From an uncultured Gammaproteobacteria bacterium (GTDB lineage: Bacteria > Pseudomonadota > Gammaproteobacteria > JAURND01), in the NCBI GenBank assembly GCA_963714975.1, contig CAVQQD010000003.1, positions 256,001 to 320,000 of the forward strand: a DNA stretch of 64,000 nt, in the 5' to 3' direction. The notes below the pieces were generated by a model that saw nothing but the letters and a program-made list of their open reading frames with translations, ran no database searches and had not been told where the DNA came from. The stretch's first letter is position 1. Every line of letters begins with the position of its first letter. The position numbers were made by a program, and so were the translations under genes. Of the stretch, positions 26,010-38,894 are shown piece after piece.

Positions 26010-27299
26010 ATGAATAAGCTTATCCAAATACTGACAGAAGAATTTCAAACCCGGGTAAATACCTTTACAGATGGTGTAGAGCGAGATATTCATTTCCCTG
26101 AGATCCCGAATAAAGTGATGGTTGCTATTGGTATGAGGCGCACTGGGAAAACCTATTTACTTTGGCAAATAATCACTAAATTATTGCAAACTACCCCTAT
26201 TACACAGCTTTTGTACATTAATTTTGAAGATAATCGCTTGTTACCGATGAGTCAGGAAAAATTTAGTGAGTTACTCGATGCTTTTTATACACTTTATCCC
26301 GAGAACCATGAACGATTATGTTATTTTTTCCTCGATGAAATTCAAAACGTTACTGAATGGCAAACCGTAATCCGTCGTTATCTCGATAGTAAAAAAGTAA
26401 AAATTTATCTCACGGGCTCATCCGCTAAATTGCTAAGCAAAGAAATTGCTAGTTCATTAAGGGGTCGTGCACTTGCAGCTGAAGTATGGCCTTTTAGTTT
26501 TAATGAATTTGCCCAAGCACGGCATTTTTCATATCCACATAAGCCCTGGGGGAAAAAAGCAGATGATCTTTTATTGGCTGAATTGAAAAATTATTTACTT
26601 TGTGGTGGATTTCCTGAAGTAACTTCTTTAGTAGAAGGGGCTCCGTTAGCCGAAGAAGATCGTCGGCGAATTTTGCAAGATTATACTTCAGTTGTCATTT
26701 TTCGCGATATTATTGAGCGCCACAAGATTACTAATATTTCATTGGTGCATTACATGATTAAAACCTTACTCAGGAATGCCAGTGGAAATTTTTCTGTGCA
26801 CAAATTTTATAATGATTTAAAAAGCCAGGCATTTTCTGTCGGAAAGATGACTATTCATGATTACTTAAGCCATATTGAGGACGCCTATTTAGCCTTTATG
26901 GTACCTCTTTATTCGGAATCAGCACGCAAAGTGCAGACCAATCCTAGAAAAATTTATGTCATTGATAGCGGATTAATAAACGCGAACACCTTAAAATTCA
27001 CCGCAGATTTAGGGCATTATTTTGAGAATCTCATTTATTTAGATTTACGTAGGGCAGGGCTCACTATTTATTATTATCTCACGCAATCGCAACCAAGATT
27101 GGAAGTCGATTTTCTTACCCAGGATCCATTGGGAAAGATGCGTTTATTTCAGGTGTGTTGGAATATCCAAGATGCAAAAACCTTAGCACGAGAAACTACT
27201 GCCTTAAATGCTGCTGTAACAGAGTTGCAAGTACAGGGAGAACTCGTGACCCCAGAATCCTATTTCACCTCTTTCTTGCCAGGTGTGACTCGAAGATGA
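26010..27299 (+). CDS. AAA_14/DUF4143-type ATP-binding protein
   Basis: GMRRTGKT, FLDEIQ, LTGSSAKLL, GGFPE, KIYVIDSG, EVDF. Confidence 0.92.
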   Translation: MNKLIQILTEEFQTRVNTFTDGVERDIHFPEIPNKVMVAIGMRRTGKTYLLWQIITKLLQTTPITQLLYINFEDNRLLPMSQEKFSELLDAFYTLYPENHERLCYFFLDEIQNVTEWQTVIRRYLDSKKVKIYLTGSSAKLLSKEIASSLRGRALAAEVWPFSFNEFAQARHFSYPHKPWGKKADDLLLAELKNYLLCGGFPEVTSLVEGAPLAEEDRRRILQDYTSVVIFRDIIERHKITNISLVHYMIKTLLRNASGNFSVHKFYNDLKSQAFSVGKMTIHDYLSHIEDAYLAFMVPLYSESARKVQTNPRKIYVIDSGLINANTLKFTADLGHYFENLIYLDLRRAGLTIYYYLTQSQPRLEVDFLTQDPLGKMRLFQVCWNIQDAKTLARETTALNAAVTELQVQGELVTPESYFTSFLPGVTRR

Positions 27300-28342
27300 C
27301 CACCACCCCATTAACCTATTACCAGCAAAAACTTGCTTCGGGAGAAATTTTGCCCGAGGCGCAACAGCTGGCGGTGATGCAGCAATTTGAGCTGATTTAT
27401 CAGCAACTGCTGCAGCCAAAAAAGAAGAAATGGTGGTGGCAAAAACCAGCGAGAAATGCTGGAATTTATTTGTGGGGCAATGTGGGAATTGGTAAAACGT
27501 TCTTGGTCGATACGTTTTACTATGCCTTGCCTTTTCCCGATAAGCTTCGCATGCATTTTTATAGCTTTATGCAAGAGGTACATGCCGAGCTAAAAATTCT
27601 GCAAGGAGAAAAAAATCCATTAAAACTTCTAGCAACGAAATTTGCCAAGCGGGCGCGGGTGATTTGCCTAGATGAGTTGATTGTGGCCGATATTGCTGAT
27701 GCGATGGTGTTGGGCGGTTTGCTGCAGGCATTGTTAGCAGAGGGTATTTGCGTAACATTGACGGCCAATGTTTCTCCAGATGATTTATATAAACATGGCT
27801 TGCAGCGTGAACGCTTTTTTCCCGCGATTGACAGCATTAAGCAACACTTGCGGGTTATTCATCTGGCCATTGTCGATGATTATCGTGAACGCCCCCGCTC
27901 TCAAATCCCCCCTACCCCCCTGGTTCAAAGGGGGGAATTACTTTCTTTGGAGGAATATTTTGACTATTTTGCCCAGGGTGTTCAGCCAAGTTTTACTCCT
28001 CTTCATCTTTATGACCGAGAAATCCAGGTCGTGCAACGAGCCGGTGGTGTGGTATGGTTTGAGTTTCTAGCTATTTGCAGCAAGCCGCGTAGCCAAATGG
28101 ATTATTTGGCCTTAGTACAACAATTTCATACGATTTTAGTCAGTAATATTCGCCCCATTTCTGCCGAAGATGTAGATTTGGCGCGCAACTTTATTAAATT
28201 CGTCGACGTTTTATATGATGCACGAACCCGCTTGATTATTTCACCTGAGGTTTCGCTTGATAGCATCTACCCCCGCGGGCGCCTAGCATTTGAGTTTAAA
28301 CGCACTCGCTCGCGGTTATTGGAGATGCGAAGGGCAATGTAG
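27296..28342 (+). CDS. zapE: Cell division ATPase ZapE (AFG1 family)
   Basis: GIYLWGNVGIGKT, LDE, LYKHGLQRERF, VDVLYD, FKRTRSRLLEM. Confidence 0.93.
   Translation: MTTTPLTYYQQKLASGEILPEAQQLAVMQQFELIYQQLLQPKKKKWWWQKPARNAGIYLWGNVGIGKTFLVDTFYYALPFPDKLRMHFYSFMQEVHAELKILQGEKNPLKLLATKFAKRARVICLDELIVADIADAMVLGGLLQALLAEGICVTLTANVSPDDLYKHGLQRERFFPAIDSIKQHLRVIHLAIVDDYRERPRSQIPPTPLVQRGELLSLEEYFDYFAQGVQPSFTPLHLYDREIQVVQRAGGVVWFEFLAICSKPRSQMDYLALVQQFHTILVSNIRPISAEDVDLARNFIKFVDVLYDARTRLIISPEVSLDSIYPRGRLAFEFKRTRSRLLEMRRAM
27903..27937. repeat. Family B palindromic element inside zapE
   Basis: AAATCCCCCCTACCCCCCTGGTTCAAAGGGGGGAA, encoding QIPPTPLVQRGE. Confidence 0.7.
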
Positions 28343-28423
28343 ATCAGTTTCCCGCTTGCTGGAAATGCGGGTTGTGTAGAATCCCCTCTTGTATCTTGAG
28401 GGGGAGAAGGGATTTCGAGGTTG

Positions 28424-28672
28424 CTACCCGGGTGGGCTTTCAGATTTTTTCTTATCGAGGTTTCGGTAGATAATGCGCCCCTTACTTAAATCGTAGGGGG
28501 TCATTTCCACGGTAACCACATCACCTAAGAGAATACGAATATAATTCTTGCGCATTTTCCCTGAAATATGGGCAATGATGATGTGACCATTTTCAAGTTT
28601 AACGCGGAACATGGTATTTGGCAGTGTTTCTACCACCACTCCTTCCATTTCAATTTGTTCTTCTTTCGGCAT
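28424..28672 (-). CDS. infA: Translation initiation factor IF-1
   Basis: KEEQIEMEG...LPNTMFRV...[14 protein letters not shown]...[10 protein letters not shown]. Confidence 0.98.
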   Translation of the reverse strand: MPKEEQIEMEGVVVETLPNTMFRVKLENGHIIIAHISGKMRKNYIRILLGDVVTVEMTPYDLSKGRIIYRNLDKKKSESPPG

Positions 28673-28694
28673 ATATAAAAGTCTCTCATTTATC

Positions 28695-30853
<2,159 letters not shown>

Positions 30854-30871
30854 GTGTTTCTCCAGGTGGAT

Positions 30872-33686
30872 CTACTGACATGCTTCACAGTCAGGATTAT
30901 CAAGCGAGCAGGCTTTAGTGGCCTCTTCCAATTTCACGGCATTTAACGCCGTGGTAGCCAAGGTTGATTTTTCCGCGTTAGTTGCGCCTAAAGTACGTAA
31001 ATAATAGCAAGTTTTTAGTCCTCGCAACCAGGCAAAACGATATAGCATATCGAGTTTCGTTCCTGAGGGCTCCGCCATGTAAAGATTTAATGACTGCGCT
31101 TGATCGACCCATTTTTGCCGACGTGATCCAGCTTCTACCAACCAACGTGGATCAATTTCAAATGCCGTGGCATAGAGATTTTTCAGTTCTTCAGGAATAC
31201 GCCGGATGCGTGAAATACTGCCATCGTAATACTTAAGATCGTTGACCATCACCTCATCCCACAAGCCCAATTTTTTCAAATCTCGGACCAAATACGGGTT
31301 AACAACAGTAAATTCTCCGGAAAGATTCGATTTTACAAATAAATTTTGATAGGTCGGATCAATCGATGGCGAAATTCCAGTGATATTAGAAATGGTGGCG
31401 GTGGGAGCAATGGCCATGGTGTTAGAATTACGCATACCCGCGCTAGTGACACGATGGCGTAGGGCTTCCCAATCTAAAGTAGAGCTGCGATCTTGCTCTA
31501 AATACTGGCCGCGTGTTGCTTGCAAGCGTTCGATTGAATCGATTGGTAAGATGCCTTGGCTCCACAAAGAGCCTTCATAAGTTTCATACACACCCCGTTC
31601 TTCAGCAAGGTCGGTGGAGGCTTGGATTGCATAATAGCTAATTAATTCGATGCTGCGATCCGCAAATTCTACAGCAGCTAAAGAAGCATAAGGAATCCGC
31701 TGATCATAGAGGGCATCGTGAAAGCCCATCAGACCTAAACCAATCGGGCGATGGCGTAAGTTGGAGCGGCGCGCTTCTGGCACGCTGTAGTAATTAATAT
31801 CAATGACATTGTCGAGCATACGGATAGCAATAGGAATGGTGCGTTTTAATTTTTCTACATCGAGACCTAAGCCATCTGCTTTCAAGTGCCTGACGAGATT
31901 GATGCTGCCTAAGTTGCAAACGGCAATTTCATCTTTCGAGGTGTTTAAGGTAATTTCAGTGCATAAATTTGAGCTATGTACGACGCCCACATGTTGTTGG
32001 GGTGATCTGAGATTGCAGGTGTCTTTAAAAGTAATCCATGGGTGGCCGGTTTCATACAACATACTCAACATCTTGCGCCACAGGGTGACTGCAGGCAAAA
32101 TTTTGCTACGAATTTCTTTGCGTTTGGCTTTTTCTTCATAAGCTTCGTAGGCTTTTTCAAAATCTAAACCAAAACGATCGTGCAAATCAGGTACTTGATC
32201 AGGAGAAAACAAGGTCCAATTTTTATTTTCAAATACCCGCTTCATAAATAAATCAGGGATCCAATTGGCCGTATTCATGTCATGAGTGCGCCGTCGATCA
32301 TCTCCGGTATTTTTGCGTAATTCTAAGAATTCTTCGATATCCATGTGCCACGTTTCTAAATAAGCACACACCGCACCTTTGCGCTTGCCTCCTTGATTGA
32401 CGGCAACAGCAGTGACGTCAGCAACTTTCATAAAGGGAACTACGCCTAAAGATTTCCCGTTGGTACCCTTAATATGAGCACCCATCGCGCGCACAGGAGT
32501 CCAATCATTACCAAGTCCGCCGGCGAATTTAGATAACAACGCATTGTCTTCGCATGGCATCGTAAATTTCACTGAGGCCGTCGTAAATGGTGGTTAAGAA
32601 GCAGCTGGATAGCTGTGGGCGAAGAGTTCCTGAGTTAAATAGCGTGGGAGTTGAGCTCATGAAATCAAAAGAAGAAAGCAGCTCATAAAAAGAAATAGCA
32701 TATTTTTCTCGATCGTGTTTTTCATTTAAAGCTAAACCCATTGCTACCCGCATAAAGAAGGCTTGCGGAGTTTCAAAATGAATACCTTCCGAATGGATAA
32801 AATAACGGTCATAGAGTGTTTGTAAACCAAGGTAGGTGAATTGCTGGTCACGCTCTAGTTTTAGCGCTTGGCAGAGACGGTCCAGATCAAAAGACGCTAA
32901 TTGGTTATCCAACAACTCAAGTTGAATGCCGCGTTCAATATAAGCTTTAAAATATTTTGGATATAATTTGTTCTCAATAGTGAGCGTTTTCTCGTCGATT
33001 AAGCCAAGAAATTGCCAGGCTTCAGTATGTAATTGATTCAGTAACAGACGTGCGGAGACATAGGTGTAATTTGGCTCTTTTTCAATTTGCGCGCGTGCAC
33101 TCATAATTAAAGCTTTTTCGACATCTGTTATCGTCACGCCGTCAAATAAATTGCGACAAGTTTCGGTTAAAATGAGTTCTGGATTGACTTCAGTTAAGTT
33201 GTGACAGGCTTCTTGGATAATTTGCGTCAGCCAGGTTGAATCGAGTAAAGTTTTTTGCCCGTTAGCTAAAGTGATATGGAGACGACAGGTTTCTGGTTGA
33301 GTGGTTTTTTCTTGTTCTCGTACTTTGCGGCGTTCTTCACGATACAGCACATAGGCGCGTGCTACCTTATGCTCTCCTGCACGCATTAATTTGAGTTCTA
33401 CCAGGTCTTGGATGGTTTCAATATGGACGTTATCGCCAAAAGGAGCGCGGCGGTGCAGGGTGTTAGTAATATCCTGAGTGATATGGGCCACGGTTTCATG
33501 AATGCGCTGCGAAATTCCAGCGCGATCACCTTCCACGGCCAAGAAGGCTTTCGTGACGGCAACAGCAATTTTGTTGTCATCATAGGGTGTTACGCTACCA
33601 TTACGGCGTATGACGCGTAAATTACCCGGAGTCATAATGTTTAGCTGATTTTCTGACATAGATCTAGACGGGTTCAATGTTTCCAT
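30872..33686 (-). CDS. nrdA: Ribonucleotide reductase class Ia alpha subunit with ATP-cones, split by one extra base near 32550
   Basis: TPTLFNSG...QLSSC, SNLCTEI, CNLGS, APTATIS, C-terminal CEACQ; removing one A gives [17 protein letters not shown]. Confidence 0.95.
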
Positions 33687-33735
33687 TATTGGCTCCTAAT
33701 TGGTTTTTTCTTTCTTCCCAGACAGAATGGGTAAA

Positions 33736-33783
33736 ACACAACCCATTGTAGTCAGTTAATTCTAAAACCACAAGATAATGTAC
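33736..33783 (-). promoter_or_regulatory. Tandem NrdR boxes
   Basis: Two imperfect 16-bp palindromes (ACACAACCCATTGTAG, CCACAAGATAATGTAC) about 32 bp apart, upstream of nrdA. Confidence 0.6.
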
Positions 33784-33826
33784 TATACTTTGGAAAACCA
33801 ATGATCTTAACACGGAGGTTGCGATC

Positions 33827-34822
33827 ATGCCTATCAATCATTCGATGGCCGGCGCGCTGTTGGCATCGACTATCTTTGTTACGTCTGAAATTTGGGGGGC
33901 AGTTTATCCCATGCCCCCACAGGGAAATGATATTGTTGGGGATGTTCTGGTTGTTCGGCCTGAACATGGCGATACATTATTTACTATTGGCAATCGCTAT
34001 GGGGTGGGTATGCACGAAATGCTCGAGGCAAATCCAAATTTGGGGATTGATGAGCATAGTGCTGCCAACCCCATTCGTGGCTGGTCTAAAGTCACCGTAA
34101 AGACCCAGTATATTTTGCCGCCTATTCGTCGTGGTATTGTGATTAATATGCCAGAATTACGCTTATATTATTTCACTCCTGATCACCAGTTTGTTTATAC
34201 CTATCCGGTAGGTTTGGGTCGGGATGAATGGCGCACTCCTTTATTTGAAAGTAAAGTAGCTGCTAAGGAAACTGACCCAACTTGGCACCCACCGGCTAGC
34301 ATTCGGCGGCACGTTCTGGAAGAAACGGGGGATAGCTTGCCGGACGCAGTGCCCCCTGGGCCTGACAATCCCTTGGGTCCTTATGCTTTGCGCTTAAGTG
34401 CGAAGGGCTATTTGATTCATGGGACAAATCAACCGTTTAGCATCGGTAAGTACATCAGCTCGGGCTGCATACGCTTGCATAATGAGGATATCGAAGAGCT
34501 GTTTCATATAGTGCCTACCGGTACACCCGTAACCATCATTAATTACCCCTATAAAGCAGGTTGGCGCCAAGGGTCTTTTTATTTACAAGCCCAAATCCCG
34601 ATGGAGTTGGGGGAAAAGTGGCCCAGCCAACTGAGCCCAGATTCTGTTAAGACAGTGATTGTTCAGGCATTAAAGTCGCATAGAGCCCATATAGATTGGT
34701 CTAAAGTCGATGAAGTTTTGGAAAAACACACCGGGATTCCACAGTTAATTGGAAACTATGGTATACTCCAGTCTGATTTTACCATGATGGAAGATAGGTT
34801 CAGGGAGGCAGAGCGATGGTAA
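33827..34822 (+). CDS. L,D-transpeptidase with LysM domain (ErfK/YbiS/EnhA family)
   Basis: Signal peptide, LysM, PGPDNPLG, IHGT...SSGCIRL. Confidence 0.93.
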   Translation: MPINHSMAGALLASTIFVTSEIWGAVYPMPPQGNDIVGDVLVVRPEHGDTLFTIGNRYGVGMHEMLEANPNLGIDEHSAANPIRGWSKVTVKTQYILPPIRRGIVINMPELRLYYFTPDHQFVYTYPVGLGRDEWRTPLFESKVAAKETDPTWHPPASIRRHVLEETGDSLPDAVPPGPDNPLGPYALRLSAKGYLIHGTNQPFSIGKYISSGCIRLHNEDIEELFHIVPTGTPVTIINYPYKAGWRQGSFYLQAQIPMELGEKWPSQLSPDSVKTVIVQALKSHRAHIDWSKVDEVLEKHTGIPQLIGNYGILQSDFTMMEDRFREAERW

Positions 34823-34845
34823 CTTATTGATTATAGGTAGGATTT

Positions 34846-35559
34846 ATGAGACGTTTGTTAGGTTTACTAGTGTTCTTTTCCTTGCTGTTAAAGGCCCCGC
34901 TGTTACTTGCCGCGAACGTAAGCAACGCCAAACCAATCAAAGTTAAGGGGCCGACAGCTACCTCCCAATCCTCTTTAGCAGCTTCCATGAATATTGACCC
35001 TAATGTATTAAATTTGGCCTTAAATGCTTATAAATGCGCAGTCAGTACCGGCGTCAGTAAACAAAAATACCTGACGATCATTGATTATTCACGGCCAGCC
35101 ACCAAAAATCGCCTATGGGTGGTAGACACTAGCAAAAATCAGGTCGTATTTAACACTTTGGTGGCACATGGGCAGGGTTCTGGCGGTACTATATCCCAGC
35201 ACTTCTCCAATCGACCGAACTCTCATGCTTCAAGTATTGGTTTGTTTGTAACGGGTAACATGTACCAAGGGGGAAACGGCCCTTCACTCAAACTATTTGG
35301 CCTGGAAAAGGGATTCAATGATAAAGCGGCTTCACGCAATATTGTGGTGCATGGAGCTCCCTATGTGAATCACCAGTTTGCCAAATCAGGTCGCTTGGGG
35401 CGTAGCTGGGGCTGTCCAGCGGTACCACAACATTTAGCTGGGCCTTTGATGAAAACGATCCAAAAAGGTTCTGTGGTATTTTCTTATTACCCTGATACTA
35501 ATTGGTTCAAAAAATCGAAGTATTTGAATTGCCGTGCTGATTCTCTGAAAACGGCTTAA
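34846..35559 (+). CDS. Murein L,D-transpeptidase catalytic-domain family protein
   Basis: LTIIDYS, VAHGQGSG, VVHGA, GRSWGCPA. Confidence 0.9.
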   Translation: MRRLLGLLVFFSLLLKAPLLLAANVSNAKPIKVKGPTATSQSSLAASMNIDPNVLNLALNAYKCAVSTGVSKQKYLTIIDYSRPATKNRLWVVDTSKNQVVFNTLVAHGQGSGGTISQHFSNRPNSHASSIGLFVTGNMYQGGNGPSLKLFGLEKGFNDKAASRNIVVHGAPYVNHQFAKSGRLGRSWGCPAVPQHLAGPLMKTIQKGSVVFSYYPDTNWFKKSKYLNCRADSLKTA

Positions 35560-35565
35560 ACCGGA

Positions 35566-35593
35566 CGTCATCCCGAGCGAAGCGAGGGATCTC
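35566..35593. repeat. Family C half element
   Basis: GTCATCCCGAGCGAAGCGAGGGATC matches the left arm of the purL insert. Confidence 0.8.
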
Positions 35594-35617
35594 AATAACT
35601 TACACATGGAGGTTTTT

Positions 35618-36253
35618 ATGCAACATGGAAGTGCAGCAGCCCAAGCAGGGGATAATCGCCTGTCTCCTGATAACGCCACCTTATTACTGGTAGATCATCA
35701 AACCGGTCTTATGCAACTTGTCCGAGATTATGGGACGGATGAGTTTAAAAACAATGTATTGGCATTAGCCGACGTCGCCAAGCTTTATAACCTCCCGACC
35801 ATCCTCACCACAAGTGCGGAACAAGGTCCTAATGGTCCGATGTTCCCTGAATTAAAAGCAAAATTCCCTGATGCTCCTTATATTCCGCGACCAGGCCAAA
35901 TTAATGCTTGGGATAATGAGGATTTTGTAACAGCAGTCAAAGCGACTGGGCGTAAAAAGTTAATCATCGCTGGGATTGTGACCGATGTGTGCGTGGCTTT
36001 TCCAGCTATTTCTGCCTTGAGTGAAGGCTATGATGTGTATGTGGTGGTCGATGCTTCAGGCACATTTAGCGAAGCGGTGCGAGAATCGGCTTTGCTGCGT
36101 ATGACGCATGTCGGGGCAATTATGATGAGCTGGTTTGCGGTTTCTGCAGAATTACAGCGGGATTGGCGCAGAGACACTGGCCAAAGACTGGCGCAACTTT
36201 ATGCTGAGCGCGTGGTTGCTTATGGGAATTTAATCAGTAGTCATAATAAGTAA
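35618..36253 (+). CDS. ycaC: Isochorismatase-family hydrolase (YcaC-like)
   Basis: LLLVDHQTGL, GPNGP, RPGQINAWDN, DVCVAFPA, ELQRDWR. Confidence 0.9.
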   Translation: MQHGSAAAQAGDNRLSPDNATLLLVDHQTGLMQLVRDYGTDEFKNNVLALADVAKLYNLPTILTTSAEQGPNGPMFPELKAKFPDAPYIPRPGQINAWDNEDFVTAVKATGRKKLIIAGIVTDVCVAFPAISALSEGYDVYVVVDASGTFSEAVRESALLRMTHVGAIMMSWFAVSAELQRDWRRDTGQRLAQLYAERVVAYGNLISSHNK

Positions 36254-36272
36254 AACTGGGAATACGAATTCC

Positions 36273-36477
36273 GTAACCATTCACCACGATTTTGCCTCTC
36301 CCCTTGTGGGAGAGGCCGCCGCGCCGTAAGGCGCGCGGGTGAGGGGTAAGCAGCAGTTCGCATTTAGCTAATAAAATGCTCCTTGCTGATTTCAAGTTTA
36401 CCCCTCATCCGCCCTTTCGGGCACTTTCTCCCACAAGGGGAGAAGGATTTTTACGCACAAAAATGGTGAATGATTAC
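36273..36477. mobile_element. 205-bp MITE/REPIN-like composite element, copy 2
   Basis: Same length, orientation and terminal repeats as 15576..15780, with only a few substitutions. Confidence 0.88.
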
Positions 36478-36569
36478 GCTTATTCAGAAAACGCGTAAAC
36501 TACATCCTCTCCGGCCAAAAGAAGTCTCCTCTCCCCCCAACTGTTTTTGTTAGTGGGGAGAGGGGGCTT

Positions 36570-37220
36570 TCAATTGTTATTATTGTTATTAAAGTCACGT
36601 GCAGCAGGGCTAGTTAATTCTAGTTGCTTAGGATCCAGAGCAGTTATTTGCTCACACAATGCTGCAAACTTAGTATACTCCGGATACTTAGCAAGCGAAG
36701 TTTTTCCTGCTCCCAACTGTTTTCCAGCCACATAACTAGTACCACCACCCACCACCAAGGCTCCAAGCAATGTACCTGCAATAATTAAACCAAACAATGC
36801 AAGCACCTCAGAGTTTGGTAAATGTGAAGCGTCAAGCCCGGGCCATTTAGCATTAGGTAATCCGAGTGCACCGCCCATGGCACCTAACCCAGCTCCAAGC
36901 CAACTCCACATTACCCAACGATTATGCTTAGATGCTTGGTTAGATGCTTGGGCAGCCTGTTGGTTAAGCTGACGTACTAAATCTTTAGCATCTAATGCTG
37001 ATGGTTTTGGTTTGACAAGGGCTATAGCGGTGTTCAACTCTGGTAATAACTTATTGGCTCGACCAGAAACAGTTCGCTGATCTGTCTGTGATGTGTCTAT
37101 TGTATGCCAACGTCCTGTAGTTACCAAGTTTTTTATGTCTTGTATAATTTCCGATATTTTCCTGGGCGGCAGGGGTGTGGTGGTTACGAGTATAGTTGTT
37201 CGCTCATGCTGATGTCTCAT
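36570..37220 (-). CDS. Hypothetical membrane protein, effector-like
   Basis: Two Gly-rich hydrophobic segments, poly-Asn tail, GGAG RBS. Confidence 0.7.
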   Translation of the reverse strand: MRHQHERTTILVTTTPLPPRKISEIIQDIKNLVTTGRWHTIDTSQTDQRTVSGRANKLLPELNTAIALVKPKPSALDAKDLVRQLNQQAAQASNQASKHNRWVMWSWLGAGLGAMGGALGLPNAKWPGLDASHLPNSEVLALFGLIIAGTLLGALVVGGGTSYVAGKQLGAGKTSLAKYPEYTKFAALCEQITALDPKQLELTSPAARDFNNNNNN

Positions 37221-37379
37221 ATATTAATCTCCTGACGTGAAGTTTAATGCTATCTTTAGTGTGGATCATTGTTTGACACTCTGTTTATGAAAATATTAAG
37301 AGGCATCTGGATTCTACAGCGAATGTCCTAAAAGCACAAACAAAGTCGGTTTTTTATTTTGATTTAATCTTTGTAGGGA

Positions 37380-37421
37380 CAAAAATAATTTCCCCCTTTT
37401 TCAAAGGGGGAAATTATTTTG
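37380..37421. repeat. Family B palindrome
   Basis: AAAATAATTTCCCCCTTT-TTC-AAAGGGGGAAATTATTTT. Confidence 0.75.
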
Positions 37422-37497
37422 AGGAGGGATTATTTTTGTTCCTTTGGGTTAAGTCGCCCTTAAGAAACATTTGCATTTCAGCCAAAGTCAAGGAATA

Positions 37498-37607
37498 ATA
37501 GCAAAGCCTCGGGGGCTTGCGCCTCCGAGGTCGCGCCAAAAGAATGTACGACCATTCTTGAGGCACTTCCAGCAACGAACCTTACTCAAGGAGGTCCGCA
37601 GTGGCTC
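37498..37607 (-). ncRNA. Putative cis-antisense sRNA (SymR-like architecture)
   Basis: Minus-strand promoter TTTTAC-17-TAAGCT inside the first codons of ORF 37601; covers the start codon and SD; ends at a 10-bp hairpin followed by CTTT. Confidence 0.45.
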
Positions 37608-37828
37608 TAAAAGCTTACTCGATTACGCACTCGCGTAAAACTCTTTTCTGTATGTTAACCAATTTTTTTCACCTGCATTGCGTTGGGCGGATGTTTCGCG
37701 CCTGGAGCAACAAATCTTTACTTAATGGTTTTCCTCGAATGCCACAGCGGTGTTGCTGGCAGGAGGTAGGGATTTGCCGTGGGTTTTTTAGTGGTCAGCA
37801 TTCAGGGCAAGAGGAGGTAGGCTGGTAG
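37601..37828 (+). CDS. Leader ORF of unknown function
   Basis: Strong SD AAGGAGGT 5 nt before GTG; promoter TTGCAT-17-AATAAT at 37471. Confidence 0.4.
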   Translation: MALKAYSITHSRKTLFCMLTNFFHLHCVGRMFRAWSNKSLLNGFPRMPQRCCWQEVGICRGFFSGQHSGQEEVGW

Positions 37829-37967
37829 CAGAGGAGTTAGGTTAGGGCTTAGGCACTCCTTCTCTTAAGCTAGCGCCTTTGCCCTTGCCTATAAAATCCT
37901 CTGCTGCCGCTTACTTTACTTGGGTTCTGTTGCATTTTCTAACAATAATATCCATCGGAGTACTTTT

Positions 37968-38351
37968 ATGTCTAATCAAATGCACCCCATTAAATTATTA
38001 CTCGTTGAAGATAATTTGATGTGCGCCAAAGCACAACAAGGGCTGTTTAAATGCCTTAAATGCGAGGTAGAAGTCGCCAGAAATATGACCTCTGCCTTGG
38101 AAAAACTCAAAGAACAACTCTTTCAGTTAGTGGTCTGTGATTTAGGCCTGCCCGACGGCAATGGCTTTGACATCGCACGTTATATTCGGCAATGCCCTCC
38201 TCCCATCAACACAACCCCGATTGTAATTCTTACTGCGCATGGTGATGATACCCACAAAGAACAAGCCCGAAAAATTGGTTGTAACGCTTTTGTGGAAAAA
38301 CCCTTAACTTACGAATTATGTGAGGAAATTCTCAAAGAAATGCTGCAATAA
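37968..38351 (+). CDS. Single-domain response regulator (CheY-like)
   Basis: LLVEDN, CDLGLPDGNG, LTAH, EKP. Confidence 0.92.
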   Translation: MSNQMHPIKLLLVEDNLMCAKAQQGLFKCLKCEVEVARNMTSALEKLKEQLFQLVVCDLGLPDGNGFDIARYIRQCPPPINTTPIVILTAHGDDTHKEQARKIGCNAFVEKPLTYELCEEILKEMLQ

Positions 38352-38581
38352 TCAAAAAGCTATGGCGCACACCTTTGTATATTAAACCCTTATCCCTGCA
38401 GGATGCGGGGATGACGGCATGAGTCCACTACGGTATTGAGTTTGCCATAGACCAGAATATAATAGCCGCATGAATCATGAAAATTACACGTCACTAATTA
38501 TGAGTTGAGCCACGAAAAAAATCACACCCATTTTTAGAATGGTGATGTATATTGTGCGCTTTTTTTCTTTCCATATAGACT

Positions 38582-38893
38582 TTATTTTCGTAGTTTCCTT
38601 TTAGGTTTTTTAGCCAATTTCGCAGTCATATTTATGCCAAGAGCCTGCATCACAATGAGCATTGTTTTTAAGGTGGGATTTCCTTTAATGCTAAAAGATC
38701 GGTACAATTGTTCCCTTGATAAACCTGTTTCACGCGAAATATCAGCCATACCCTTAGCACGTGCCACAATACCTAAAGCTTTTGCAATGTAAGTAGCATC
38801 ACCGGTTTCAAAGGCATCTGCCATAAAAACTACGATTGCTTCTTGACTATCTAATGCTTCTGCCGGGTCGTAATTATAAATTTTCTCTGCCAT
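38582..38893 (-). CDS. Addiction module antidote (HTH antitoxin, HI1420-like)
   Basis: ALGIVARAKGM...GLSREQLYRS...GNPTL. Confidence 0.92.
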   Translation of the reverse strand: MAEKIYNYDPAEALDSQEAIVVFMADAFETGDATYIAKALGIVARAKGMADISRETGLSREQLYRSFSIKGNPTLKTMLIVMQALGINMTAKLAKKPKRKLRK

Positions 38894-38894
38894 A

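Noticed and set aside
32529-32572. Intron, intein or split-gene nrdA
   Set aside because: There is no intervening sequence; removing one base restores a colinear protein.
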